From NCBI RefSeq assembly GCF_006345805.1, contig NC_043016.1:5332001-5396000 (forward strand): DNA of 64,000 nt. The letters run 5' to 3'. Below the pieces are notes generated by a model. The model worked only from the letters and a program-made list of their open reading frames with translations. It had not been told where the DNA came from and searched no databases. The position numbers were made by a program, and so were the translations under genes. Source of the DNA: Octopus sinensis. Taxonomy: Eukaryota. Positions 13,325 to 25,957 of this stretch are shown here, piece after piece. Every line of letters begins with the position of its first letter. Position 1 is the first letter of the stretch.

Positions 13325-15110
13325 ATTATCGAACTAACACAGAGAGAGTGAACAATTCATAGGTTTAAAAACACCGCAAAACACTATGCTCGAAGATAAA
13401 TCTATCAACAAAAAATACAGACGAATACAGATCTGTTAGCCTTAAGAAGCTTCGTTACGGGCAATGTTTACATGCTGAGAACTCGGTGACGATGTTGTCT
13501 CAAAAAATTAACCCTAAACAGACAAATCCGTCCCCTAATGTCAACGTCGAAGCTCGTCATACCTCAATGATAACAAAGCAAAATGCAAACCAGATTGGTC
13601 GTCGACGGTATTACAAAGGCCACAGACTCGAATGATGAACCAGATTCGATACAAAAAATCAGCTACTGGTTCAAATCTTCCCGACACACAGGAGCTGGAC
13701 GTACCCCACTACCGGAATATTCCAAAAGATTACCCCCCCCCCATGCTCGTCATCAAATAACCAAAAGAAAAAGAATGAAAAATGGCCTAGGGAAGATAAT
13801 AAAGAGGCTTTTACGGCCTTCTACCATGCCATATATTTTCCCACAGATAAATCTAACACTGTACAAACATACTTAAACTGGAGACAGAAACGCCCTGAAG
13901 TAAGACCCTACATAGACAGTAACAAACTTGCCAACGTTAGAAGAAACATTATAAAAAAGAAATTGCTAACTGAAGTAGAGATTGGCCAAATTAAACAAAT
14001 AGTAAGGAATAAAAGCTGCAGCTAAAGAAAATAATAGAGGAAATAATTATAGACCAGCCCAGGGCTGATGAAAATGATTGAAAGAGTTAATGTAACTGAT
14101 AGGCAAAGTGAAATACTCTCAGAACCATCCATAAACACTAAGGCAGATGAAAATCAAATAGATGAAGAAAGTCACACAGAAATTGACCCCACAGAACTAC
14201 ATGATCTAAAAAATCAAATCATGGTTGAATGGCTGAAAATTAAAGAAACCAGTATGAATGAACGCGATATTCTCCCAAAAATACGCAATTCTAACCGAAA
14301 CCTGAAAATAATTGGTAAAATCCGCCTTGAACTTAAGGATATAATTTCAGCTAGTGATGTTAATATTATAGATCTCAGCCATCTGTACTATGCATTCGCG
14401 AAAATCTCAACGATTCTATATGGTGAAGAGATTAGAAAACGACAACATTCCCACAAAACGCTTTCTTGGCAAGAGTGTATTCAACACCAAATTAAGCTCC
14501 ATAGAATGGTTTGACAAGACTATCAAACCTACAAAACCCCGAAAATTAAAGACAAAATATAATACCACCATAGAAACCACCAAACAAAAGGTATGTGCTA
14601 AAGCTGCCCGCATAGCGAGGTATGAAAACCGCGTTAGATGCTTCAAGGACAACAACATGACTTCTGGCTTAAGATCAGAAACAGAAGGATTTATCATACA
14701 AGAAACTACCAGGCCAACATATTAAAGAACGGCAGAAGCCCAACATGTGTATGCCAACAACAAAATGAAACCATTGATCAGGTTGTCTCCATGTGCAATC
14801 TTCTTGCGCCTACAGAGTATCAAAACTGCATGATAGAGCTGCACAATATATTCACTGGGTAATTTGCAAAAACTTGAACCTGCCCCATGAAAAAACTGGT
14901 GGGAATACAAACCACTTCCAATGCTCAAAAATGATCACATCTCACTCCTCTGGAACTTCACCATTCAAACTGACAGAAAGGCCAGACATCATATTGAAAG
15001 ACTTCAGACAAAAAACATTGCCTCCTCAGTGATATGACTGTCCCAATCGATATAAATGTATCTGTCAAGACCTACCAAAAACTGACCAAGTATAAAGATC
15101 TTGAAATAGA
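13325..15110 (+). mobile_element. R4/Dong-clade LINE (family B) with the whole RT domain deleted
   Basis: 5' part collinear with 62325-63730; 3' part collinear with 54170-54660 (-); junction near 14658 reads ...RCFKDNN|MTSGLRSETEGFI. Confidence 0.88.
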
Positions 15111-15117
15111 AATAGAA

Positions 15118-16812
15118 ATTAGGGAAAGTAAATTTCAAAAGAAGAATTTTCCAAGGGACCACGTTATCTCCTTTAATATTTGTCTTATGTTTAATCCCCC
15201 TCAGTTTAGTATTAAGGAAGGTAAATGTAGGGTATCAGTTCAGAAATAGTAGGGAAAAAATTAGCCATTTGCTCTACATGGATGATCTGAAGCTTTTTTA
15301 GTAAAACTCTTCAGCAAAGATATAGGCATGGAATTTGGTATAGATAAGTGTACAGTATTAGTCATGAGAATGGCACAGGTAGTCAACAGCGAAGGCATCC
15401 AATTACCAGATGGGCAAACATTAAAATCATTGAAAGGAGGAGATAGTTATAAGTATCTAGGAGTATTAGAATTTGACAGCGTACGAAATTGGCTAGGAAT
15501 ACACCATAAGAGTGAAAAAACTAATGAAGTCAAAGCTAAATGGTCCGAATCTAGTGAAGGCTGTAAATACTTGGGCAGTATCATTACTTAGATACTCAGC
15601 AGCTTTTGTAGATTGGACAAATTGAACTAGCAAAGCTAGACAGAACTAGAAAGGAATTCAATATGAATGGAGGACTTCACCCAAGGGTAGGAGTAGATTA
15701 TTCCTACCTAGAAAGGATGGCGGAAGAAGGTTAATATTAGTAGAAGACTAATATTAGTAGAAGGCTCCTATGTAGGTAATAATGAAGAAAGTTTATTAAA
15801 AGCTGCTACAGTCACACAAGGGAAACCAAAAATCCAACTAAAGGAAAAATCGCAAACAATCAACCACCTCCTTTTCATGGATGATTTGAAACTGTATGGC
15901 AAAGATGAGACACATGTGGGTTCTTTGGTGAACTCGGTCCACTGTTTTAGTATTAATGTTAGAGTGGAATTTGGACTCAAGAAGTGCAGAATAAACTACC
16001 TAAAAAAGGACAATAATTAATCCAAAAAGGGGCATGATACTGTCCCTAGCATCACTTCGGTATGGAGCGGGTATTATAAAATGGCAAAAGAGAGAAATGA
16101 AGAAAATGGATACCAAGACCAGAAAAATATTGGCAGTATACAGAGCTTCCCACCCTAAGAGAGACATCGATAAGCTGTATTTGTCCAGAAGGAAGGGTGG
16201 GAATGGCTTGATCAGTTGCCAGGTCTGTATCGAAGTTTAGCGTGGTACGGGAAAAAGCCGTGCAGCTAGCTTCATCAAAACTGAAAATTGTATAACTAAA
16301 GAAAAATTTAAACAAGAAATGAACAAAAAAAGAGAAAAAGCATGGAAAGAAAAGAAAATGTATGGACAGTTTGTAAGAAATTATTTACGCAGCTGCTAAG
16401 ACAATTGAAACCAGTTGTATGTCTCTGAAAAAGCAAAGAAATACAAACATGAGAAGAATTCCAAACTGGAAAAGTAAAATTGAAAAAGAGATTGAAAAAG
16501 TGAGAAGTGACATATCAGTATTGAATGAACTAATCTGTGGAAACGATGTAAAAACGAGAAAAAGAAGAAAGATGAAGAGAAAACAAATTCTCACCAAAAG
16601 AAGAACTGCTTTCAGCAGAAGAAACACTGCAACAAAAAATCCAAGCAAAAGCGCCAAGAATACGAAAATGAGAGAAGAAACAAATTTTACAAGCAAAATA
16701 AGCTTTTCACATCCAATGCGAAAACATTCTACAGAAAAATATGGAAGGAGAAAATAGTCATTGAAGACCCCGCTGACATGGAAGAAGTTGAAAACTTCTG
16801 GAAAAATATCTA
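15118..16812 (+). mobile_element. Mosaic of further R4/Dong fragments (two RT pieces, a post-RT piece, a pre-RT piece)
   Basis: RRIFQG..SPLIFVLCLIPL..HLLYMDDLK (15.1-15.7 kb); INHLLFMDDLKLYGKD (15.85 kb); LRYGAGII..LYLSRRKGG (16.0-16.3 kb); PNWKSKIEKEIEKVRSDIS (16.4-16.8 kb). Confidence 0.8.
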
Positions 16813-16857
16813 GAGTGATGAAAAAGCTTCTGGTGTAATGTTCCAGTAACCCGACTT

Positions 16858-17150
16858 CGACACTCGGCCATCAACAAAAAAAAGCAAAAGTGTAATAGGT
16901 GTAAAATAATGTGTACTAAACGATTTTGAAAAAAAATGCGCGCTGGCGAACGGGGGAGGGTGAAGAGGACTAGGAAAGTTCACACGTTCAAACTCACAGG
17001 ATCCGAAAACTCAACGTTAACACTCGGTCACAAAAATGAAAAAAAAATAGTGTAATAGGTGTAAAACAACGTGTAGTAAACGAATATAAAAAAAAACAAT
17101 GCGTGTTGGCGAACGTGGGGGGAAGGGAGACCAGGATAATTCACACGATC
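16858..17150. repeat. Two-copy imperfect tandem repeat, period ~160 bp
   Basis: agtgtaataggtgtaaaa..a.gtgta.taaacga...tggcgaacg at ~16889 and ~17049. Confidence 0.75.
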
Positions 17151-17176
17151 CGATTATTTCTTTCAGGAAAATGGAT

Positions 17177-17270
17177 ATGCTTCCCAACCACTCAGTTCCG
17201 GGTTCAGCATGGCATCTTGGGAAAGTATCTTCAATTATAGCCTCGGGCCGACCAGTGCGTCCTGGAAGCC
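17177..17270 (+). mobile_element. Degenerate SINE family 1 fragment
   Basis: gcttcccaacca..gttccgggttcag..ggcatcttggg..tatagcctcgggccgacc. Confidence 0.55.
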
Positions 17271-17587
17271 GAAGGCGGCATTTCAGAGGGAAAATTATCT
17301 ATATTGTAAACGAAGATGAAAGCAAAAATTTGCGCTCAAAATTTTTTCGATTCTGCCTTCTGCATAGTGGTATTAACAAAAACAATTGCAGATGTTTGTA
17401 AGCCATTCGCTTTACATTAAAAGTATATATAATACTAATAATATTGATTGTGGTTATATTAATGATCACACTAACAATAATCAAAATAATGGTAATAATG
17501 ATAATGCTAATAGTAATAATAGAAATGTTAATAATGGCAAAAATAGCAGAAATAATAGCAGTAATATCAATAGCAGTATAATGATGC

Positions 17588-17637
<50 letters not shown>

Positions 17638-17882
17638 TAATATAATAATAATATAATAATAATAATAACAATAATAATAATAAATTAAAATAATAATAAT
17701 AATAGTGTAAAGGAGGAGGAGGAAATGGTATTAGTAATGTTAGTAATAGTTTAACTGATGTCCCGAACGATGCTAATAAATTTAGATACTGGAAACCAAC
17801 CCTTTCATAAATTCGTAACCGGCGAAAGTTACATAATTACATAATGTGATACAATTCGCCAAAGACTTCAAATGCCATTACA

Positions 17883-18010
17883 CAACTTGTCAAGAAATTC
17901 TTTGCTTCTTTGCAAAAGCATTTTCCTCCATATAACAACTATTACTTTATTTTAATAAATGGTAAGTTAAAATTTCTTTTTCTACTACATCAAATCTAGT
18001 GGATAATATA
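17883..18010 (+). pseudogene. Penelope-like element ORF remnant (post-RT region)
   Basis: My translation QLVKKFFASLQKHFPPYNNYYFIFNKW*VKISFS resembles the PLE motif KFLxLxxKHFP..KIFNxxTVKxSYS. Confidence 0.5.
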
Positions 18011-18148
18011 GAAATTATAGAAAATCACATTTGAGCGAGGAGATCCTGTATTCCCGCGGAATGACATCATCAGTCTTTAATTTTCAATTTTACAACTGGC
18101 AAAAAGAAAAAGAAAGAAGAGAGAACAGAAAGAAAAGAAAAAGAATAT

Positions 18149-18472
18149 TTAATCAAACAGTTTTGTGTAAATATGATGAAATTCCCCTGTCATTTTATTA
18201 ATTCCTCCATAACTCACAAAAATAATTGTCCTCATGCATTTTGAGGACTGTAAGTGTAGTAGATTCTGAATATTTTCTGACAATACGCACTTTCAAGTCT
18301 TTTTCAAAATTATAGCCGTTTGATGTAAAATATTCGGCAAGTTCTGTCGAACTACTGTTATTGTGCCTGGCGTCATACCTGTGTCATTAAATCTTTTGTT
18401 TAATTGTTCTATTGTACAAGCAATATAAATCAAGTTGTGTTTAGTGCATTCTGTTGCGTGCACTAAATGGAA
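18149..18472 (-). pseudogene. Penelope-like GIY-YIG endonuclease C-terminal remnant
   Basis: My translation across frameshifts: ECTKHNLIYIACTIEQLNKRFN.HRYDAR...ELAEYFTSNG..EKDLKVRI...ED...GINK..YTKLFD*. Confidence 0.65.
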
Positions 18473-18761
18473 TCGCTACACGTCCCACCTTATTGTAGTC
18501 TAAAGGCTACAATAGGCAGCTGAGGGAATATTTGTTTGAAACAACATGCTGGTAACTTTCATGTAACACTTTTGTAACACTTTCATGTAACACTTTTGAA
18601 ATGCCAGCGAAATGTCGGTGCCGTTTAATCACTAAAGCAATGGTTCTCAAACCTTCCAAAAAAACTTTACGTGTCGGTCCCCTTACAGTTTTTCGATTAT
18701 TCGTGGTCCCCAATACAATGCAGGATAATTAAGATGGAAAAAAATGACATGCATTCGTGTA

Positions 18762-18997
18762 CCGTAATTTCCGGACTATGAACCGCACTGCCCCTAGACC
18801 CGCAACCCCGAAAGCTACAATTTAATCCAATAAATTTAATCCAATAAATACACATGAAAATATAGGGAATCAGTTGATCAATTGGTTACAAAAAGGAGAA
18901 ACAAAAACAGTCAGAAAATATCCCCAGTGCCCTGTATGAGACCCATTTTTGTCTATTTAGCAAACAGAAACCGCGAGTTATACACCGGCAACTACGG
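18762..18997. mobile_element. pogo/Tigger-type MITE nested in the hAT element
   Basis: TA|CCGTAATTTCCGGACTAT ... ATACACCGGCAACTACGG|TA: imperfect TIRs with TA TSD. Confidence 0.65.
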
Positions 18998-19306
18998 TAT
19001 ATATACGTTCATGACAGTGTTTTCGAACTTTTGGCATCACCTTCCCCTTTCACCATGTTTGGTATGCTATTCTTCCCTATTGTCAGAGTATTCCTCTTAT
19101 TGATTATCCAAGAGGTGTTTTCAACCAATTTACCTATTTTCAGCTGAACAATTTTAATAGCACCCAGAATGTACAGAAGTTTATGTCAACCGTCTTCTCT
19201 TCCTCTCTTGAAAGTTTGCCATCCCGTTTCCTGAATCCCTGACACATAATATGACAACAACAAAAATTATATAAGAAATTATTTATTCACAAAAGCAGAC
19301 CATCTG

Positions 19307-20960
19307 TCATTCTATTTCCAGCAAAGTAACCAGCTCTTCTATGTTTGGCTCTGTTTTGAAGAGTGTAATCCTCATTTCTGGTGTAGCATCCAGTCGATTT
19401 TGTGGCTTCGTTTTGATGGCAAGGAAAGTGGAAAACGCGGTGTCACACTCATAGCTAGTTGGAAATGGCGTCAATACTTTAAGAGCATTCTTTGCAACAT
19501 CAGGATATGACAGTGCTATTTCAATCCAAAAGTCAGAACAGCACATTCCATGAAAAATCTTTTTGCATTTCCATCATTGACCAAATCAATGAACTGCTCT
19601 TGAATTAAATTGTCTTCTGCTGGCAGATCGCTAACAGAGAGTACAAATGGATTCCTGATAAAGCGGAAACATTTGTCAAAGTCGTGAAGATCAGGAAAAT
19701 AAAGAGAATATTTTTCTGCTACGTGTTATTTCATGAGTTCAACGATATCGTCATCGACTTGAAGCTTGTTTTCATCAATAAACATATTTAGTCGAGGAAA
19801 TGATGCAACGTTCTTTCTATCCAACTTTGGGCGCCAGAGTTCAAGCTTCATTTAGAAAGCAGTTAGCTTTTCATAAGAATGAAACATGGTTATATCATTC
19901 CCTTGCAGTGAAAGATTGACAGCATTCACTGACTCGAATATGCCCAGCAAAAATGCCAGGCAGATTAGAAAACGAACATCATAGAACTTGGCGTGCAAAT
20001 TTGGCTTGGCATCTTGTAAAAACTCGTCCATACTTTTTCATAGAAGAAAAACCCCTCTATATTGTTTTTCATCTCGTGTGTTTCGAAATCAAAATCACTT
20101 TCTTTGCACAACTCGACAAACAGACCGGAGTTGAGTGAGTTCGCTTTGAAGTTCATCGCTGTAATCACGTAATTCAGTACATTTTTTGACTCATCAGGCA
20201 TGATTTTTACCATTACTGCTTGTACCAATAGCAGTTGGAGATTATTTTTTTTACCAAAGTCTGAAAACCGGAACGACAACCAGGAATTTCTGGAGCACTG
20301 TCGGAGCACACACCAATGACCCCCAAAATTTGTCTACTTTGTTAAATGTTTCCTTTGCGTTTGTTTTAGTGCTGAGAGTTTATGAAAACAGGAATTCATC
20401 CGCCAGGTGATTGTTATGTACATAACGTACATAGACGCAAAGTTGGGCTAAGTTAGAAACATCATTCGTTTCATCAAGCTGGATCGCGGGAAAATTCAAA
20501 AGTAAATCGTGAATCTTAGAGATCAACTGCGACAGAATGTTATAAGATAGCTCAGTAGTTTGCCTGCTAACAGTACTGTTTGAGAGAGAGACATGTTTCA
20601 GCTTCTGAAGTTCAGAACTTTCTAGCACATTCGATATGATATCTTTGCAACAAGGGAATATCAACTCTTCGCCGATATTTTGAGGCTTTTGGCAACAACT
20701 ATTTTCCCTGAAACCTCGTATGATGCTTTCAAACCAGTCGTAATATCCACCGAAAACATTCCCGTGTCATCAAGTGTAGATTTCGTCAATCTGTCGGCTT
20801 CGAAGTACCTCTTTAACTTGCTGGGCTTTAGTGAAGTAGACGCCAAAACTTTGGGGCACAAAACACTCTGTAGTTTCCTTATCCACCAGACTTTATGACA
20901 GTAAAACCGAATTTCAAATAAGATTCGTCATAACTCATTTTCCTTTTTGGAGGCACTATA
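19307..20960 (-). pseudogene. Disrupted hAT transposase (ZBED5/SCAND3/Buster-like)
   Basis: KRKMSYDESYLKFGF..CPKVLASTSLKPSKLKR (BED finger), SLSNSTVSR, IQLDETNDVSNLAQLCVYVRY, FPTSYECDTAFSTF (dimerisation domain); many stops and frameshifts. Confidence 0.92.
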
Positions 20961-21864
20961 AAAAAAGATAAAATTTAGTAAACCAATTTAATATAACTAC
21001 ATTGTATATTTATTTCGAATTTATCATATACTACGGGTGTGTACATATGCCTTAGTGTAGCTAGCTTTTGGGTGCACTAATAATAAAGCTTACCTCTTAT
21101 TAATTGTGGAATAAAACCAAGTGCATGTGAGCGTTGTTTTGTCCACAGACAAACCTCTGTGAATTGATAACCATTGAGAAGACAGTTCTGTCGGAGGACG
21201 TTGCCATGAAAAACAACTATGCCTTATAAAACCCAGCCACCATGCAGGATGAGAATGGGTATCTGGTAAAGGGGAAGGTCATGTGGGAACATGCACTGGT
21301 GAGGACAACAATGGCGAGAGACATGCAAATGTGTAGATTGCAATGGTGGAGTGGTGAGTCATGGAGTGTGAGCGTAGAATACCGACAGCACATGCACGAT
21401 CAACCGTTACACCCGCATATTTTCCATCGCCCAATCACACTTGTTGTATAAGTGTGATTAGCAAAAGAGTGTGTAGGAGTGGCGTGGGTTTTTGAGGTTA
21501 ACGACAAAAAAGGATGATAACATGGAAAAAATTGAAAGTCTTGAAATTTAAAAACTTAACTGTCTCAAGCGACTCGTTTTCACGATACTTCAGTATTCTT
21601 CCGCAATCCCCCAAAATTCGCTTGAGAACCAGTGCACTGAAGGAATTCTATCACATATTTTACTTTGTTTGCTAAAATTATGCGTGAAAGTTTGACTTTC
21701 TTTGCTATGTCATTTGTGATTTCCTTAGCTATTTGCCATTTCCTTTAATCGTGGTTCACTTTAACCGCGTTTGCATGTTTCCAGTAATCCCCTCCATCAG
21801 TACAAGTCCGTTTTATCCTCAAAAATAATAATAATTTTAATAGTGGTAGTACTAATAACGACGA

Positions 21865-22028
21865 CAACAAGACATCAAATTATTCCTGTAGTTATTGGTG
21901 CACTTGGCACAGCCCCCAAAATGCTAAATAAAAGGCTGACGAAAATTGGTATTGAAACACACATTGTCGACCTGCAGAAAACTACCATCCTATTTTCTCT
22001 AAATATCCTCAAAGTAAAATACCTGTAA
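21865..22028 (+). mobile_element. R4/Dong RLE C-terminal fragment
   Basis: IIPVVIGALGTAPKMLNKRLTKIGIETHIVDLQKT; preceded by a TAA-rich tract. Confidence 0.7.
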
Positions 22029-22738
22029 ACCAAATAAGCATGCACTAGCGAAATAGTTTCCCACCGCACTCAGTGTGGTAACAAGAACATATTTGACCTC
22101 TGCTGACCGCATGGGTGTGACTGCTTCTTTGTTGATGCCGCAGGGATGTGACTGCTCCTTCCCAGAAACATCTGCTCGACCTATTTACAGACTGGTGGCT
22201 TTTGGCTATGTGTCCACCAAGTTGCTTCACTTCTTCCTACTATACCCCCAACCCTCATGTATTAGAAGTCAAAACTAAACATATGATAATACTATACAGT
22301 AGCAGGAGTACAGTGGTAGACTTAACTTAATTTTGCTTGTCCCTGGCAGTAGCTCATAACAATGATGATAACGGCTGCACTGCTGCTGTGGCTACAAAGG
22401 ATGGCCGCAAGCACAGAGACTGCGACAGTAGTAGTGATAATCAAAGATGGCCACTACCGCTGAGGTAATTCCAAACACAGAATCACAACAACTATCATTG
22501 ATGAGGAACTTTCTTCCACTGTTACCTATGTTTAAACTATCTCCCTTTGATGCAGAATCCTCAGTATATAGAATCTTCACGATATGCCAAAAGCTGGGAT
22601 ATCTTAGAAGCAGCTGTCAGAGACTAAACTTTATATGGCATAGCTAAATTAAATGTCATTGTCAAGTCTTGCCAATCTGTTTGCCACTTCTTTTCCACTT
22701 TATTTTAGATATACAGACAAGCAGACAGACAGACAGAC

Positions 22739-22934
<196 letters not shown>

Positions 22935-23163
22935 TTATTAGGTACACAGGGCCAAACACAGAGGGTACAATACAATGTAGAATTTTTCTTTTCGAAAGAG
23001 AGAAAAAAATACGATCAAAAGATATCGGAAGCATTTGGGACGTGTAAACCCCAAAATAAGGGTGAGTAAAAATGTAAAACAGATTAGGGTTATCCGTGGA
23101 AAGAAAAGCCTACGAAAAAGACCACGCTAACCTCAGGCAGAGAAAGAAACACATGAGAGCAAA

Positions 23164-23202
<39 letters not shown>

Positions 23203-23205
23203 AAT

Positions 23206-24925
23206 TTATAGGATCATGCTCAAAGTGGTTTCGTCATTCACGCGTACCATCTTTGCTACATTCGTCTACCATTTTTTTTAAACTTTCATAAGACAAAACT
23301 TGCCTCTCTATTCTCACCTTCCTTTTCAAGTGGTACTTGAAAAAGTTGATGAGCGATTGGCCAGAGAGGAAAGTGTTTGTCTTTAAACCTTTCGGACGAG
23401 TCCACCACACACATTCTTTCACCATAGCCACCACTACAATGAAAACTGCCTTGCCATCCCGGTTAAAGAAAGTGGCGGGGCAATATTCTCGATAGACTCG
23501 GTCGATAACCGAATTCGTTCCACACGTGATAGCAACTGTTCAACATAAGCCCACAGGTCTGAAATGGCTGGACACTGCACGAGTACGTGCAGAATGGTTT
23601 CGTCGCTCTGACTGCATCTCGGGCAAGATGGTCCGGTGTTTCTTGAACCGTACCTGTAGATCTTATCCCGAACGGGCAATGCTTCCCGATAGCATTACCA
23701 GGCCAAGGATCTCTGGTGATTGTGCATAGACCCCAGCCCGAAAGTGGTCCTGAATAGGCGGGTCAGGTGTTCCTCGTCGACGCCCAGATTCTCCCTAAAA
23801 CTTTGTCGCACCTCCCCTCCACTAATCGCCTATAGAGCGCCTTCGTGGAATTGAAGACGCATAAGTTTGCTCGAGAGCAAGGCGATACTCGCGGTGCCAT
23901 TCGCTTAGACTTGGTCTCTGTTTGATCCATGACTACAGTTCGGCCAAAGAGACGAGCTGCGGGAAAGCGCATCTCACAAACGGCAACCACACCTATTCAC
24001 AGTTGTCTATGAAGCGCCGAAGGTGTCGCAGTCTTAGCGCATGTCTGCGCATCATCAACCACGGCATGCCCAGCCCTCCATTTAGCGGGAGTATGCGTTC
24101 CAGTTTGATGATGGTACGGTCGGACAAAGCACGACGGTCAGACGGTAATAGATGACGGAAGGAATGTACGCGTTCGCCACCTCCGCCCAACCTTTTAAGG
24201 ATAGCTTCCTCTCGGCCCATTGCTGGGTGAGAGTGACCACTCTACTTGTTATCTTGTCCCAGTTCTTCTCCATTAGGGAGTCTGGTCCGAACCAGACCTC
24301 GAGCAACTTAACCGGTCCGTCGGTCCAGTGTCCCACGATGGAGATGCTGTTAGACGGCATGGGCTTGCTTCTCCAGGTGCCGAGCCGCAAGCCCACTGAC
24401 TTTTCCGGATTAATTTTCGCTCCCGTTACTGCTTTGTATTCTTTTAGTGTCTCGCCGACCAGGTTGATATGCCTGTGCTGCGACTCTATAACGGTGACGT
24501 TGTCTGCATATGCAGACACGCTCCTTCCGCATCCGAGTTCTCCGCAATAGTGGCTCTAAAGTCAATACGTACAGAAGCGATGAGAGGGGGGTCCTTGACG
24601 GACGGAATGCGCGATGTTAAATGATCTGGATAGATGACCATTTAGGCGAAAGACGTGACCGAAACCAGCTGCTCTAAGCACAGCCTCCAAGTAACGATGG
24701 TTGACCCTATCGAAAGCTTTCGATTGATCAGAGTCCCACGCATACCAGGTTCCTTAACTACCATGTATATGATGCAGCGCATCAGATGGAGGTTGTCTTG
24801 GATACTCCTGCCCGACACGGCGCATGTTTGCGCCTTGTCGACCAGTTTCTCGATGTCAAGCACCAACCTCTCGGCTAGAACCTTGGCCAAAAGTTGTGTT
24901 GCTGGCGGTATGAGTAATAGTGCTG
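23206..24925 (-). pseudogene. Tx1-type ORF2 remnant (RT plus C-terminal cysteine motif)
   Basis: LLAKVLAERL..QTCAVSGRSIQDNLHL, SAYADNV, GAKINPEKS, LSLKGWAEVAN, CPRCSQSDETILHVLVQCP; stop at 23206-23208. Confidence 0.88.
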
Positions 24926-25957
24926 GTTTGCCTTTCGGTTTTTGGTTTTGTTGTTGTTCCTGTTCCTGTTGTTGTCGTTCTTTTGCTAGTTGGCAGTCTC
25001 TTTTGAGATGGTACCACGAAGGTAGCAACGTGGTCTTCAGCTTTCAACGGCCGCATGTAGTGTTGTGCAATCTGGAAGTTGAATCAAATCTGGGAGATTT
25101 TCCATTGTCTCCTGATTTGTTTGAATCAACAAATCCAACCCTTGCCCAATCCAATTTTGCTGTTCCAAGACGGCAATTTCTAAGATGTTGATTTGATCTA
25201 CAAAATCATAACAGTTGGCTGACACAAGCCATCTTATTTCTATTTCAGGGGGCACATCTTTAATTTTTACCTTTGTCACCCGACAACTGAGGTAAATGGG
25301 AATCATTATAAATTCCCAGCATTCCAAGCTTTTTGTCGATCATGGCAAATCTTTTGCCTCTTGCAATATATGTTTTAAAAGCCTATATTGGCTGTAGACA
25401 TTTCTCAACTGTTTCTTGAGTGTCCTGTTCTAATCTTTTATTTTTTGTGTTCAGTGTTTTGTAAATAATAGTTTTTTGGAAATATCTTACAAAATGCTTT
25501 CTCGTGTGTTCAGTTTAATGGTTCTGTCTTATTTGTATAATGACTGTTTACATTGTAGAAGTTCTTCCTTTGAGAAGGACATTAAATATTTCTTTGCTTT
25601 AAAACAGAAGCAAAATTATTTAGTTTGTCTGTGACATTGTTGTTGGTGGTGGAAGTTTTCGTGACAGTGATAGTGGTAGTGACAGGAGAAGTGATTATTG
25701 TGGTTGCACTGCTCATTGCTTTATGAGTGTTCTCATTGTTTCTGCCTTCCCTTCCCACTTGTTCGGAAGAAAAGCTTGCGTCAGTGTGCGTATTGTCGTT
25801 GTTCAAAAGTACGTGTGTGGTGTATGTGCGTGTGTGTGTATGTGTGACAGTGTATCAATGTTTTGATTGTTATTCGAAGTTTTGTTGTTGGCAATGGTGG
25901 AAATTCCGATTCTAATTCAAAGACGGGAACGTTGGCAGTCTTAGAAGGACCGTCCAT
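24926..25957 (-). pseudogene. Tx1-type ORF1 remnant (gag-like, partial zinc knuckle)
   Basis: ATG at 25957 gives MDGPSKTANVPVFELESEFPPLP; VKIKDVPPEI; ...WYHLKRDC; several frameshifts. Confidence 0.65.

Larger units (their letters stand above)
18638..21634 (-). mobile_element. hAT DNA transposon, Buster/Charlie group, both ends present but degenerate
   Basis: TIRs CAATGGTTCTCAA (18638) and TTGAGAACCAGTG (ends 21634); 8-bp TSD cactaaag/cactgaag (7/8, central TA typical of Buster). Confidence 0.92.

Noticed and set aside
19307-20960. Domesticated ZBED/SCAND-type gene
   Set aside because: Multiple stops and frameshifts, and it is still bounded by TIRs and a TSD.
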